Assembly (NCBI GenBank): GCA_963848305.1
Contig: CAWKDC010000001.1
Coordinates: 1,216,001-1,280,000 of the forward strand
Direction of reading: 5' to 3'
Length of the DNA stretch: 64,000 nucleotides
Source: an uncultured Gammaproteobacteria bacterium
GTDB taxonomy: Bacteria > Pseudomonadota > Gammaproteobacteria > JABCZS01
The notes below the pieces were generated by a model. It worked only from the letters and a program-made list of their open reading frames with translations. It did not search any database and was not told the origin of the DNA. Below, piece by piece: positions 20,233-31,497 of the stretch (positions within the stretch are counted from its first letter, which is position 1; every line of letters starts with the position of its first letter). The position numbers and the translations under genes were made by a program.

Positions 20233-21057
20233 TTATTTGGCGCGTGTATTCATGATCAATTCATAAGCAGCTTTGATTTCTTGTGTTTTTTCTGTCGCAA
20301 GCCGAATCATTTCTTGGGGTAATCCTTTCGCGATCAATTTATCGGGATGGTGCATGCTCATCAGTTTTCGATAGGCTTTTTTAACATCAGCATCACTGGC
20401 GCTACGATCAATATCGAGTAATTTATAGGCTTCGAGCAGCGCTGATCCCTTATGCATTTTTTGATATTGTTGATGAAAATGTGAGCGTTGATAGTTTTTG
20501 AATTTTTCTTCCGCTTGATACATGCTGTTGATTCGCGCGAAAGCCACCCGATCAAACCCTAATCGTTCTGACACGTAAATCAATTTGGTACGTTTGACAT
20601 CTGTTAAATAGCCATCTGCATACGCGGCTTGCAACTGAATTTCAATGAACATGGTGATGAGTAAACTTTGGTTTTTAATGACTGTAAGCAGCTCGTTAAT
20701 AGCGTTGTCCAAATTAAAATCAGCAACTTTTCCCTGTTTGAAATAGTCAATCGCCATTTTTCGCGCATCGCCGTGAAGCTTCAATTGTTTCATGATGCGT
20801 TCTACTTCTTGAATTTCATGTTCACTGATCACGCCATCAGATTTTGCCACGTGGCCAATGATTTGAAACGTCGCTTTTAAAAAAACAGATTGAATTTTTT
20901 CGCGCTGTTGAGTGCCACTGAATATGCTGCCGATGATCATGTGTTGCTTCATGGCTTTATCAAAAAGATAGCCAATGCAAAAGCCAATCAAGGCACCAGG
21001 AATGCGTGCCATTAGGTAACCGAGTAAAACACCGATGATGCGGCCGAGATAGTTCAT
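20233..21057 (-). CDS. djlA: Co-chaperone DjlA
   Basis: N-terminal TM, TerB-like AKSDG.ISE.EI, C-terminal J domain [16 protein letters not shown]. Confidence 0.95.
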   Translation of the reverse strand: MNYLGRIIGVLLGYLMARIPGALIGFCIGYLFDKAMKQHMIIGSIFSGTQQREKIQSVFLKATFQIIGHVAKSDGVISEHEIQEVERIMKQLKLHGDARKMAIDYFKQGKVADFNLDNAINELLTVIKNQSLLITMFIEIQLQAAYADGYLTDVKRTKLIYVSERLGFDRVAFARINSMYQAEEKFKNYQRSHFHQQYQKMHKGSALLEAYKLLDIDRSASDADVKKAYRKLMSMHHPDKLIAKGLPQEMIRLATEKTQEIKAAYELIMNTRAK

Positions 21058-21728
21058 GATGTGGCAGCCATGTGTGCGCAAAGTGCGTGGTATTCTGCAG
21101 GGGTACCGAGGTTATGCCATTCTCCTTTGAAATATTCACCCGTGACTTGATGCGATGATATGTAGGGATTGATCAGTGTTGTCATGTCCATAAACTGATC
21201 TGGGTGGTGTTGAAAAATCTCAGGATGAAAAATCCCAAAACCTGCATAATTTAATTTAGGTTCACCTTGAAGATCAACGATCCCATCACTCGACAAATGA
21301 AAATCTCCTTTTGGGTGAAAGGGTGGATTATCGACCATCACCAAATGGGCGTGAGACACCTGCGATGCTTTCTTCACCAAATGAGACAAATCATAATCGG
21401 TCACCACATCACTGCTCAGCATGATAAAGGGCGCATCGCCAAGCAATGGTAGGGCATGAATTGCACCGCCAGCCATGCCTAAGGGTTTGGGTTCCTCAGA
21501 ATATTGAATTGTCACACCCAAACTTTGACCCTGTTGTAAAGCAGATTCAATTTGATTGCCAAGATAAGAGACATTGATCACAATATCGGTGATCCCGGCC
21601 TGTTTGCAGCGCAAAATAGCGTGCACAATCAGCGGTTTTCCTGCCAGCATCAGCAGGGGCTTCGGAGTGTGATCGGTGAGAGGCCGCATGCGTTCACCCA
21701 GACCTGCTGCTAAAATCATGGCTTTCAT
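21054..21728 (-). CDS. murU: N-acetylmuramate alpha-1-phosphate uridylyltransferase
   Basis: MKAMILAAGLGERMRPLTDHTPKPLL, HLVMVDNP..HPKGDF; adjacent to amgK. Confidence 0.92.
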   Translation of the reverse strand: MKAMILAAGLGERMRPLTDHTPKPLLMLAGKPLIVHAILRCKQAGITDIVINVSYLGNQIESALQQGQSLGVTIQYSEEPKPLGMAGGAIHALPLLGDAPFIMLSSDVVTDYDLSHLVKKASQVSHAHLVMVDNPPFHPKGDFHLSSDGIVDLQGEPKLNYAGFGIFHPEIFQHHPDQFMDMTTLINPYISSHQVTGEYFKGEWHNLGTPAEYHALCAHMAATS

Positions 21729-22726
21729 GCCGTCGCTCCCATGTGTTCAACAACGTCTGTTTCGATAAAATGGCTGAATTCTCGGAACGCGCTGTCATTT
21801 TGAGCAACTGTGCGTACGTAATGTAAGGTGCGAGGGATATCGCCCAAATAATTTGTATTATGATCGCGCAAGGATTTACGCGCAAAAATAAAAATAGCTT
21901 TGAGGTGACGTTGCATGCCCATCCATTCAAAATCATGGTAAAAACGATCGAAGCTGCCTTCATATCCGGGATACGCATCGCGCAAATGATCATAGAAATA
22001 GCGTGACAGGGATTCCACTTGTTCAACAGGCCAGCTGATGTAGGCATCTCGCAACAATGATACGCAATCGTAGGTGATAGGACCTATCATCGCATCTTGA
22101 AAATCTATCACGCCTGGGTTTTTCCCCGCATCACACACAATGAGATTGCGAGAATGGTAATCGCGATGAATGCATACCTGTTGTTGATTTTCTGCGCGTT
22201 CAATCAATTTGACATACGTTTTGTCCAATAATGTTTGGATGGTGCGTGTGACATTGATTTTGAGATAATCTTTCAAAAACCATTGTGTGAAGGATTGTAG
22301 TTCTGTATTCATGAACGCGGCATCAAAGTGTTCGAGGGGTAAGGCATCAGAAGGTTGGCATTGCGTGATACGAACCAAGCTGCTGAGTGCGTCACGATAA
22401 AGGCTGTTCGCTTGGGTGGGTTCCGCGGTCAGTGCTTGCAGGTATGAGGTGCCGCCCAGGTCTTTGACGATCAAAAATCCCTGTCCCTCATGATACGCTA
22501 ATACTTCGGGAACGTGCACTCCTGCTCGCGCGTAAGCCTGTGCGACGCGCACAAACTCAACTGTTTTTTCATGTGCAGGCGGGGCATCGACGGCCAGCCA
22601 GCCGGGATGTCCTTCTATTCTATAATAATGGCGAAAGCTGGCATCTCCCGGCAAGGGCAACAGCTTGATTTTTTCATGCGGTAAATTGGCTTGTAGCCAG
22701 GATTCAAATTGGTCATGTCGTGTCAC
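21725..22726 (-). CDS. amgK: Anomeric MurNAc/GlcNAc kinase (APH-like)
   Basis: GDASFRHYYR, HRDYHSRNL, IDFQDA..GP..YD..SLL.D, QRHLK; GTG start with AGGGAG RBS. Confidence 0.92.
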   Translation of the reverse strand: MTRHDQFESWLQANLPHEKIKLLPLPGDASFRHYYRIEGHPGWLAVDAPPAHEKTVEFVRVAQAYARAGVHVPEVLAYHEGQGFLIVKDLGGTSYLQALTAEPTQANSLYRDALSSLVRITQCQPSDALPLEHFDAAFMNTELQSFTQWFLKDYLKINVTRTIQTLLDKTYVKLIERAENQQQVCIHRDYHSRNLIVCDAGKNPGVIDFQDAMIGPITYDCVSLLRDAYISWPVEQVESLSRYFYDHLRDAYPGYEGSFDRFYHDFEWMGMQRHLKAIFIFARKSLRDHNTNYLGDIPRTLHYVRTVAQNDSAFREFSHFIETDVVEHMGATA

Positions 22727-22777
22727 AAAAACTCCCTTATACTGTATAATCGCATCATACCAAGGACTCATGCTGTC

Positions 22778-25258
22778 ATGGCAAGACATTTCATCCTCAT
22801 CATAGTATACATAATCACTGGGTTCTTGATACCCATCTGTGAAGCGACCGCGAAAGATGAAATTTTGTCAGATGACAGACAAGTTTTTGTAGATTGGGTG
22901 CCTGAACCCCCGGGTCAAAGTGTGTGTCAAGGGCATTATGTGTTGCCGCATTTCACTCCAGAACAACAAGCTGAAAGTGTGATTGAGGCAGATTCGGGCG
23001 GGCTATTGCTAAATGAGGGACCTCTGTCTTGACGGGGCATGTCCAACTTGTGGAGCCTGATCGACGTTTGTTTGCCGATAAAGTCACGTTGATCCGCAAT
23101 GAGAAGGGTGAGTACGTTGATATCACTGCTGAAGGCGGCGTGATGCTTGAGGAACCTTCATTCCGTGTGTACGCTGACAAAGCGTCAGTCATATTTGCCA
23201 ATAATGAAACGACCCTTTGGAAAGCACAGTATCGCTATTACCCTCGTCACGCACGTGGAACTGCTGAACGTGCGGAAACGTCCAAAAATGGACCCATGTA
23301 TTTCTATGATGCCACCTATACAACTTGTGCCCCCGATGACAATTTTTGGGACCTTAAAAGCCAAAGAGGTGAAGTTAGATAATGCAAAGGGTCGTGGGGA
23401 TGCATGGCATTCGACGTTATATGTGGAAGATGTGCCTGTCTTTTATGTGCCTTATTTTAATTTTCCGATTGATGAACGTCGGCAGAGCGGGTTTTTATCG
23501 CCTGAGTACCGTTCTTCTCAGCAAAATGGTTTCTCCATTAAAGTGCCCTATTATTTCAATATCGCGCCCAATTATGATGCCACGCTGAGCTCAAACTGGA
23601 TGTCTGATCGCGGGTTTCAATGGGGTGCAGAGGGACGCTACCTGGATAAATACCAATTCGGCGTAGGTTACTTTGAATATTTGCATCATGATCGCAAATT
23701 CGTTCAGTTTCGTGAAGAGAACCTAGCGAGTGATGAGGTGCCTGATCCCAACGATCCTCGACGCAAAAACTTAGAGGAAGAATGCAATCGATGGTTGGTG
23801 AATGCGATCTTGAATGGCCATTATGGTGTGCATTGGCGTAGTGAAATTGAATACAATCAAATATCAGATGATGAATATTTAATTGATTTTGGTCCGAACG
23901 ATTTCAGTGAAGATGAACGTTTATTACGTCGGCGTGCGCAAGCAGATTATTTAAGTGAAGAGTGGACGGCACAATTTTTTGTACAGGATTATCAAACCAT
24001 CCAACCTTTTGAAGCCAGCCTTGTCAATCCTCCTTATCGCATCTTGCCTAATTTAAGTGCTGCTTACATGCCTTATTGGAAAGATGCACCCTTCCGGTTT
24101 ACCGGGCTCGGGCAATTCACTTTTTTCGATCATGAATATGATCCTCTAGTGGGTGAAACACCCACCTATGGCAATCGTTTTCACGTGGAACCCACCATCG
24201 CTTTTCCCCAGCGCACCATGTATGGTTTTATCACACCCTCCACCACACTTTATGAAACATTTTACGATTTAACGTTGTCTGAAACGGATGAATCATTGGG
24301 TGATCCTGTTTCTCCTAACAGCGCCATTCCCGCTGCCAGTGTTGATATGGGTTTGATATTTGAACGTGACGTCAACGTTTTTAAGAATAAATACCAACAA
24401 ACACTGGAGCCTCGTGCCTATTATGTATACATTCCTTATGTCAATCAAAATGATTTACCCCTATTCGACACTGCGCGCTATGAATTCACGACCGCACAAT
24501 TGTTTCGACAAAATCGTTTTTCAGGGATTGATCGTATTGGTGATGCCAATCAAATCAGTCTTGCACTCACTTCACGTTTTTATGATGAACACATGGGCGC
24601 GGAACGTTTCAAGGCAACGATCGGTGATATTTTTTATTTTGAAGATCGCCGCGTGCTGTTGTGTGATACGGATTCCACCCCAGATTGCTTTCACGCGGAA
24701 GACCCGGGTGCAAAGGCCAATACGTCCCCTTTTGTGGCGGATGTGTTGTATCGGTTTAATTCAGAATGGTACTTAACAGGTGATGGGCGGTTTGACACTT
24801 ATAATACACAGAGTGATTTGGTCGCATTGAGGTTCCATTATCAACCCAGCTTGCGCAGCCTCATGCATGTGGGTTTTCGCTACGAGGAGTCAGGCAACTT
24901 GGTTTCTGGTGCGACCCTTGGAGATAGTTTGGCAGATTTGCTACAATCCGACATAGGTTTTTCATGGAATGTCATTGAGAGTGTTAATTTGTTAGGTCGT
25001 TGGTATTATGATATTAAACACGGATTAACCATTGACGCCTTTGGTGGTGTAGAATATGAAAATTGTTGTTGGGCGGTGCGAGCCGGCGGGCGACGTTATC
25101 TGCAGCTGAATACAGGCGAAATCAGTGCTGGAACGTTTAACACGGAATATTATTTGCAGTGGGTGTTCAAAGGGCTGGGCTCGTTGGGTCGTTCACCCGT
25201 TGAATATTTCACGACCAACATCCCTGGGTATCAAGATCGTTTTGAGGTAAATTACTGA
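22778..25258 (+). CDS. lptD: LPS-assembly protein LptD, two indels (~23025, ~23365)
   Basis: C.G.Y, YTTC.P, PVFY.PY..FP…RQSGFL.P, YYFNIAPNYD, QTLEPR.YY, NRFSG.DRI, CCW. Confidence 0.95.
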
Positions 25259-26550
25259 TGCGTCAATTATTATTAACAATGTTTTTGTCATTTTCTGGCT
25301 TGGTTGCTCTTGCAGCGCCTCAAAGCTTGGATAAAATCGTGGCCATTGTGAACAACGATGTGATCACTGAAAATGAGTTGGCTTTCAGAATGGCGTTGGT
25401 GAAAGAGCAGATGAAATCTGCCCCTCAAGATGTTGCACCGGTATTGCCAGGAGACGATGTTCTGTCACACCAAGTGCTGGATAGGATGATCGAACAAAGG
25501 CTGATCAAGCAAGCCGCAGAAAAGAGTGGCGTGGTGATCAGCGACGTTGATGTCCGTCAAGCCTTGGAGACTGTGGCCAGACAAAATAAAATGACGGTCG
25601 AGCAATTGAAAAATACCTTGGCGCAAGACGGCATTGAATATGATAAATTTGAAGATGATTTGCGTAATCAGGTGATGGCATCCCGTGCGCAACAGCGTTT
25701 GGTCGGGTCAACCATTAAATTGAGTGATGCGGAGATTGATCATTGGGTTGCACAAGCCGAAAATCAAATGGCGGCTCAACGGCAATATTTATTCGGACAT
25801 ATCTTGATTGCGTTGCCGAAAGATCCCACGCCAGAGCAATTGGCTGAAGCAAACAAGCAAGCTGAACTGGTCATGCAAAAATTGAATCAAAAAAATGATT
25901 TTCATCAAGTCGCCCTGGCCCACTCTGACAGCAGCGATGTATTGGAAAAAACGGATTTAGGGTGGCGTTATGCGCATGAGTTGCCCACACTGCTGAGTGA
26001 TATTGCGCCCAAGCTAGATAAGGGTGATTTAAAAGGTCCGATACGTGATGGTAGCGGGCTTCACATTGTACAACTATTGGATTTGAAAGAACGTGATTTG
26101 CCAAAACAATGGGTAGAAGAAACGCATGTTCGTCACATATTGGTTGCGACCAATCAAGTGCGTGATGAACAAAAGGCGCGCGAGCGGATCAATGAAGTTG
26201 TTCAGAAATTGAAATCGGGTGAAGATTTTGCTGCATTGGCCAAAGTCTATTCGGATGATCCAGGCTCGAAATTGGCAGGCGGAGATTTGGGTTTTGTTCA
26301 AGCCAAATCGTTGACACCCAAATTTGCAGAAACAATGAAATCACTCAAAGTCGGCGAATTGAGCGAACCCGTGCTTACCCCATTTGGTTGGCACGTACTC
26401 GAAGTGGTTGAAGTCAAAAAACGTGAAGTGACACATGAAATGTTGCGTGCAGATATTCAAGAAAAATTGTATCAACGCAAAATGAATGAAGCTTTACAAA
26501 ACTGGTACACGCAGTTGCGGGATCAAGCGCAGGTACAAACATATCTCTGA
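25258..26550 (+). CDS. surA: Periplasmic chaperone/PPIase SurA
   Basis: LDKIVAIVNNDVIT, two parvulin domains (HILI, RHILV, YSDDPGS..GGDLG, FGWH). Confidence 0.96.
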   Translation: MRQLLLTMFLSFSGLVALAAPQSLDKIVAIVNNDVITENELAFRMALVKEQMKSAPQDVAPVLPGDDVLSHQVLDRMIEQRLIKQAAEKSGVVISDVDVRQALETVARQNKMTVEQLKNTLAQDGIEYDKFEDDLRNQVMASRAQQRLVGSTIKLSDAEIDHWVAQAENQMAAQRQYLFGHILIALPKDPTPEQLAEANKQAELVMQKLNQKNDFHQVALAHSDSSDVLEKTDLGWRYAHELPTLLSDIAPKLDKGDLKGPIRDGSGLHIVQLLDLKERDLPKQWVEETHVRHILVATNQVRDEQKARERINEVVQKLKSGEDFAALAKVYSDDPGSKLAGGDLGFVQAKSLTPKFAETMKSLKVGELSEPVLTPFGWHVLEVVEVKKREVTHEMLRADIQEKLYQRKMNEALQNWYTQLRDQAQVQTYL

Positions 26551-26725
26551 TGTGGCTTGTGTAGCGATTTAAAATACGCGGCATCACGTTAACGTGATTC
26601 AAAGCTGTTCGTCTCCATAAAGCCGGAACAAGCTTTAAGGCCTATCGGCCTTGTAGATTATTTAAATCTTTCCGACTTAAGGTGACGGTCAGCTTTTCCA
26701 AATGGCGGTATTTTTTCAATACTGG

Positions 26726-26950
26726 CTACTTCTTACGCCCGACCACAACCAACACGATCCCCGCAACTACAGCAAATCCACCTATATAGGGTGGAATGTC
26801 GACGGTTTTATTCGTATCCGCGGTGATATGCATATCGCCGATTTGCATGATCTTCTCTTCTTTAGGATACGTGAACGTGTGGTAGGATAAGGCCAATACA
26901 CCACCGAGAATTAACAATATGCCAAAAACGAGCGTCACAGGATATTTCAT
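26726..26950 (-). CDS. Small two-TM membrane protein (DUF3185-like)
   Basis: GILLILGGV..L.Y..FTY…IG…PP..GG…AG. Confidence 0.75.
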   Translation of the reverse strand: MKYPVTLVFGILLILGGVLALSYHTFTYPKEEKIMQIGDMHITADTNKTVDIPPYIGGFAVVAGIVLVVVGRKK

Positions 26951-26968
26951 AAGAGTTCCTTTTAACAA

Positions 26969-27130
26969 TCATTGATTAAATAAGTGCATCACAAGTGATA
27001 TCACAAAAAGTATTAAAAAGACGAAAAACAGAATTTTTGCAATGCCAGCAGCTTCGGCAGAAACGCCAGTAAAACCCAATAAACCTGCAATCAATGCAAC
27101 AACCAAGAACGTGATAACCCATCCTAACAT
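26969..27130 (-). CDS. DUF1328 (YtjA-like) small membrane protein
   Basis: [21 protein letters not shown]…[16 protein letters not shown]; GGAG RBS. Confidence 0.92.
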   Translation of the reverse strand: MLGWVITFLVVALIAGLLGFTGVSAEAAGIAKILFFVFLILFVISLVMHLFNQ

Positions 27131-27209
27131 GGTATGCTCCTTGTGAGTGAATAATTGAATTATAGACGTCATTGGCATCTCAGTGATGATCATTTCACAC
27201 TCGAATGAC

Positions 27210-27261
27210 TTGAAATCCGTGCAATTCTGGTATATGATCACCAGAATTGCACAGGAATCAA
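27210..27261 (+). promoter_or_regulatory. Sigma70 promoter overlapped by a perfect 13-bp inverted repeat
   Basis: TTGAAA(27210-15)-17-TATGAT(27233-38); GTGCAATTCTGGT-N8-ACCAGAATTGCAC (27219-27252). Confidence 0.7.
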
Positions 27262-27265
27262 ATTC

Positions 27266-28408
27266 ATGTCCTACCTTAAACGTGTGTCAGAGTCTAAGCT
27301 ATTGGAATATATGACATTTTTCTCGGTGGTTGCGCTGTCTGGCCCACGTCAATCCGGCAAATCTACCCTTTTGCGTCATTTATTACCGGATTATCAATAT
27401 GTGAATTTTGATGATTTAGGGTTACGGTCATTTTTTCTTGATGACCCTGAGGCCTTTATGTCAACCTATCGTGATAAGGTTATTTTTGATGAAGCACAGC
27501 TTGTACCCGACTTATTTTCATACATTAAACGAGCCGTGGATGCTGATCGAGAGTCACCAGGCAAATTTGTCGTTTCAGGTTCAAGCCAATTCACGTTGAT
27601 TGAGCGTATCACAGAGACACTGGCGGGGCGCATTGGGATGTTATCGTTGTTACCCTTTCAATATGCCGAAATGCCATCGAAGTTGTATACTCAAGCACAG
27701 TTTAAAGGAAGTTATCCTGAATTGGTGATGAAAGAGTATGCATCATGGCATGATTGGTATGGATCCTATTTAGATACGTATTTGAATCGGGATGTACGCA
27801 CGCTGGCTCATGTCAACGATTTGCGCGATTTTCAACGGCTCATGCAGGTATTGGCCTCCCGCGTGGGGAGTGTATTAAATATGTCAGACATTGCCAAAGA
27901 CATTGGAATTGATGTTAAAACACTCAAACGCTGGATGAGTATTTTAGAAGCATCGTATGTGATATTTTTGCTCCCGCCCTTTTATGAAAATTTTGGGAAA
28001 CGGATCATCAAAAGCCCCAAAGTTTATTTTTATGACACGGGCATTGTGTCATTTTTAACAGGCATTCAGACAGAAGATCAATATCGTTTTGGACCATTAG
28101 CAGGTTTTTTATACGAAAATTATGTGATTGCCGATATCATGAAAAAACATTTTCACTTAAAAACACATGCATCATTTTATTTTTTCAGAACATCACATGG
28201 GGATGAAATTGATTTGATCGTCGATAGAGGTGATACGCGCGATCTAATTGAAATTAAATCAAGCCAAACATTCAAGTCTGCCATGATAGACAATTTGCGT
28301 AAATACCGCCAAGAAAAAGACACAGCTTATTTGTTATACCAGGGAAAATCCATGCCGCATGTTGATGTGCACATTATGAATGCAACGGAATATTTGAAGG
28401 AGTTATAA
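27266..28408 (+). CDS. AAA_14 + DUF4143 ATP-binding protein (intact)
   Basis: [32 protein letters not shown], wHTH segment, [16 protein letters not shown]…IEIK. Confidence 0.93.
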   Translation: MSYLKRVSESKLLEYMTFFSVVALSGPRQSGKSTLLRHLLPDYQYVNFDDLGLRSFFLDDPEAFMSTYRDKVIFDEAQLVPDLFSYIKRAVDADRESPGKFVVSGSSQFTLIERITETLAGRIGMLSLLPFQYAEMPSKLYTQAQFKGSYPELVMKEYASWHDWYGSYLDTYLNRDVRTLAHVNDLRDFQRLMQVLASRVGSVLNMSDIAKDIGIDVKTLKRWMSILEASYVIFLLPPFYENFGKRIIKSPKVYFYDTGIVSFLTGIQTEDQYRFGPLAGFLYENYVIADIMKKHFHLKTHASFYFFRTSHGDEIDLIVDRGDTRDLIEIKSSQTFKSAMIDNLRKYRQEKDTAYLLYQGKSMPHVDVHIMNATEYLKEL

Positions 28409-28549
28409 GTTTTCAAGTTCGTTCGCCTCCACATCTCTTTTGCTTGATCTTGTTGCTGGCAAGTGCTTCAATCTCTTAGATTTGCCTTGCCCCCTTGAGA
28501 GGGAGCGAAGGCATTTTTGAATGGCTGTTAGCGATCCCATTCAGAGTTG

Positions 28550-30667
28550 TTATTCAGTCCCAGTAGTGCGTTGTTTGCTTTTGTTTTTCGGTTTTGCCGG
28601 GCTCTCATTATCGGCTTGATAGCCGGAGTTGTTATCTTCTGTTAAAATATTTCGGTTCGTTGGTGTTGCGCCTTGTTCCTTCATGCTTTTTCTCAATAGA
28701 TGGCTGGGTTTAGGATGCTGATATGCAAATAAGACAGGTTTTGTTTTATTTTGACCATGTGTTTTGAGATAGCAATCATCTTCTTTGCTGAGCACTGCGT
28801 TGTATAATGCTTCACGCAATGCACGGGTTTTAGCAAAAATGCGCACAGTCCCATAAGGGTTTCTGTCGGTCATCATTTGTTCATGCTTCAATCCACTGCT
28901 GACAAATATCACTGCGCGTGTTTCCGGATCTTTAAACAAATCTTTGAGTGCCTGCCTCATTTCAGCGACAGTGCTAGAAGTCACATCCAACACAACAAAT
29001 TCATTGTTGCTCGGCAGGCTGAGCGTTTTGTGGGTTTGGGCAACGTTAGCATAATTAAGATCGAAAAAAGGAATGTTGATTTTTCCAAATTTATTTTGGT
29101 ATTTATCTCTCACGTTGAAAGAAGGTTGAAGGTTGTGTTTCCCTTCGAGTGCCTCTTCTGTTTCATAATACATATATTCAGTTGAGGCTCTGCTTGCAAA
29201 GTAACTTCTGCCGGTTTCTTCAGATTTGACAAATTTAATGGCGTAGAACGCTAATTGAATAGCTCGCATGCCTGTTGCGCAAATGAGTTTCTTTGATTTA
29301 ACTGATACAGTTTTATTTTTGCCAACGTCCAGGTCAGCTTCCACGTCAGAATCCGAGCCATAGCCATCTGTTGCCTCAATATTTTTACGAGGATGAAACA
29401 CATGAGCAGTGGATATTTTTTCGAGTTGATAGTAAAAATCTTCTCGCGGGGTTTCTGCAATGAAGCGTGTGATTTGAGCTTCAGTTTGGTTGAAAAAACG
29501 CAAATATTGAGACAGAAAATTGCGGAATTCATCATCCATGGGCAAATGAGACCCCGTATGACTCCATTCAAACGTTTCGGGCTCTTCGGCGTAAGTAATT
29601 TTGACCGTACTATTTTGAATGGTCAATGTTTCTAAGGCATCTGAAAACGGTTTGACAAAACATTTAACGAAAAGCTTTTTATTCTCCAAAATATTGGATA
29701 GTGGTTCAGGTGTTGAAAAAAGTGCACTCAACATCTGATCAATAATAGATTCCAGGGTTTTTTCATTTCTACTCAGCTGAGTCATGCCTGACTTATTTTG
29801 AAAATCACAGCCATTCCAGAGTGCTTCCCAAACTGTGTCGGCGACCTCAAGAGTTTTTTTGGCATTGCCTCGTTTTTTTGCTTTATTCTTCTTGTCAAAA
29901 TAAGATTCAATGTCTTCTTTAAAAGAGAGCAGATCAATTTCTTCATCAAAATGATCTAAATAGTGTCCTGTATTCACGATTTTGTTTAAAATTAAAATGC
30001 CTCTGACAATGAGATCGGCGTAGGCTTTAGGGATAAGACCAGGATTAATGCGCATACTTGGCTCGCAGTCAGAGACTGCCGGGCGAAGGCTACCGAAACT
30101 GGAACGCCTTACCATTTCAATGTTTATTCCTGTTTCGCACGATAATTCATTCATGATGGCAACAAAGAATATGGATAAAAAATTGACCCAACCACGTTTC
30201 TTGTCTATGCTTTCTCGCATGCCGAAATCTAATAGTATGCACGTATAGCCGTTATCACAATTTACTTTCAGCGCTTTATGGCCATCGGATTTATCTTCAC
30301 GTATCTTGGTCACAATATATTGTGCCATCATGCGTTGGTATATGATGTTCATGTCATATATGTTCGGTAGGATTGGGTGAGCGGGACCCCTGATTGGTTG
30401 TACGGCATCCTTATATTCATCATAATGAAATGGACTGAAAAAAGCACCTGTTTTGGCGAGCTGGGTAGTTTGCTTCCGGTTGGATAAAAATGTGAATTGA
30501 TATTGCGTTACATCGTTGGGATGACGTTTGTCAACGCTTCGCATATACGAATTCCAATGTTTAGCATCTGCCATATTGTGGTACTCACCAAACCGTGCCC
30601 GATATTCGCAGACAGGAAATAATGCGGAATCTTCGTTTTGAGGATTGTTCATCGAGCGGCCAACCAT
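28550..30667 (-). CDS. 705-aa orphan with permuted Cys/Met-metabolism PLP-enzyme-like motifs; candidate effector
   Basis: AT-rich long ORF; TGMRAIQL, VVLDVT and SSGLKH in the C-terminal half; SSFG and MRINPG in the N-terminal half. Confidence 0.7.
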   Translation of the reverse strand: MVGRSMNNPQNEDSALFPVCEYRARFGEYHNMADAKHWNSYMRSVDKRHPNDVTQYQFTFLSNRKQTTQLAKTGAFFSPFHYDEYKDAVQPIRGPAHPILPNIYDMNIIYQRMMAQYIVTKIREDKSDGHKALKVNCDNGYTCILLDFGMRESIDKKRGWVNFLSIFFVAIMNELSCETGINIEMVRRSSFGSLRPAVSDCEPSMRINPGLIPKAYADLIVRGILILNKIVNTGHYLDHFDEEIDLLSFKEDIESYFDKKNKAKKRGNAKKTLEVADTVWEALWNGCDFQNKSGMTQLSRNEKTLESIIDQMLSALFSTPEPLSNILENKKLFVKCFVKPFSDALETLTIQNSTVKITYAEEPETFEWSHTGSHLPMDDEFRNFLSQYLRFFNQTEAQITRFIAETPREDFYYQLEKISTAHVFHPRKNIEATDGYGSDSDVEADLDVGKNKTVSVKSKKLICATGMRAIQLAFYAIKFVKSEETGRSYFASRASTEYMYYETEEALEGKHNLQPSFNVRDKYQNKFGKINIPFFDLNYANVAQTHKTLSLPSNNEFVVLDVTSSTVAEMRQALKDLFKDPETRAVIFVSSGLKHEQMMTDRNPYGTVRIFAKTRALREALYNAVLSKEDDCYLKTHGQNKTKPVLFAYQHPKPSHLLRKSMKEQGATPTNRNILTEDNNSGYQADNESPAKPKNKSKQRTTGTE

Positions 30668-30711
30668 AATAATAGATGAGGTGAATATTGTAGCATAATT
30701 AAACCTAATAT

Positions 30712-31497
30712 TTAAAATAACTCCACCAATCTCACATAATCCGCCACACTCAAATTCTGTGGCCGTGCATTGGGATCAATGCCTAGTTGTGCAAAGATAT
30801 CATCTGAAATAATATTTTTCAAATTATTGCGAATTGTTTTGCGTCGCTGGCTGAAGGCTTGTTGAACAAATTTTTCAAATTTGATTTTATCAACATGTGC
30901 ATATAATGCAGCAGGATGCGGAATCAATCGCACAATGCCGGAAGTGACTTTCGGTGGCGGTGTGAATGCATCACGATCAACATCAAAACATTTTTCAACG
31001 TGACAATAAAATTGGACCATCACGGATAAACGGCTGTATTCGGAATCTCCGACGTTGGCAGCCATGCGATCGACCACCTCTTTTTGAAGCATGAAATGCA
31101 TGTCTTCAATCAAATCGATATATTCGAAACAGTGAAATAAAATCGGTGAAGAAATGTTGTAAGGTAAATTGCCGACGACGCGAATTTTTTGTGCGCCCTG
31201 CCCTAGTTGTCTGAAATCAACTTTTAATACGTCTTTTTCAATGATTGTTAATGCCCCAACATTTTTTGTTTTTTCAATCAACAATGGGATCACATCACGA
31301 TCTAATTCGATCGCTATTAATTTTTTCGTTTTACTTAATAAAGGGATCGTTAATGCTCCTAATCCTGGGCCAATTTCAATGCAAAAATTTTCAGGTGTTG
31401 GGTCGATTGCGTCAATGATTTGCTGTATAATGCGATTGTCGTGTAGGAAATGTTGTCCAAATCTTTTTCGCGGATAATGATCTAAATCGTGGTTCAT
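30712..31497 (-). CDS. rsmA: 16S rRNA m6,2A1518/1519 dimethyltransferase
   Basis: RKRFGQHFL, EIGPGLGALT, IELDRD, VGNLPYNISSP, MLQKEV, F.PPPKV.S. Confidence 0.97.
   Translation of the reverse strand: MNHDLDHYPRKRFGQHFLHDNRIIQQIIDAIDPTPENFCIEIGPGLGALTIPLLSKTKKLIAIELDRDVIPLLIEKTKNVGALTIIEKDVLKVDFRQLGQGAQKIRVVGNLPYNISSPILFHCFEYIDLIEDMHFMLQKEVVDRMAANVGDSEYSRLSVMVQFYCHVEKCFDVDRDAFTPPPKVTSGIVRLIPHPAALYAHVDKIKFEKFVQQAFSQRRKTIRNNLKNIISDDIFAQLGIDPNARPQNLSVADYVRLVELF

Noticed and set aside
30680-30720. Legionella/Coxiella PmrA box upstream of the 705-aa orphan (similar half-match upstream of 54395)
   Set aside because: Only one degenerate half-site in AT-rich DNA; the TTAA-N7-TTAA spacing is not met
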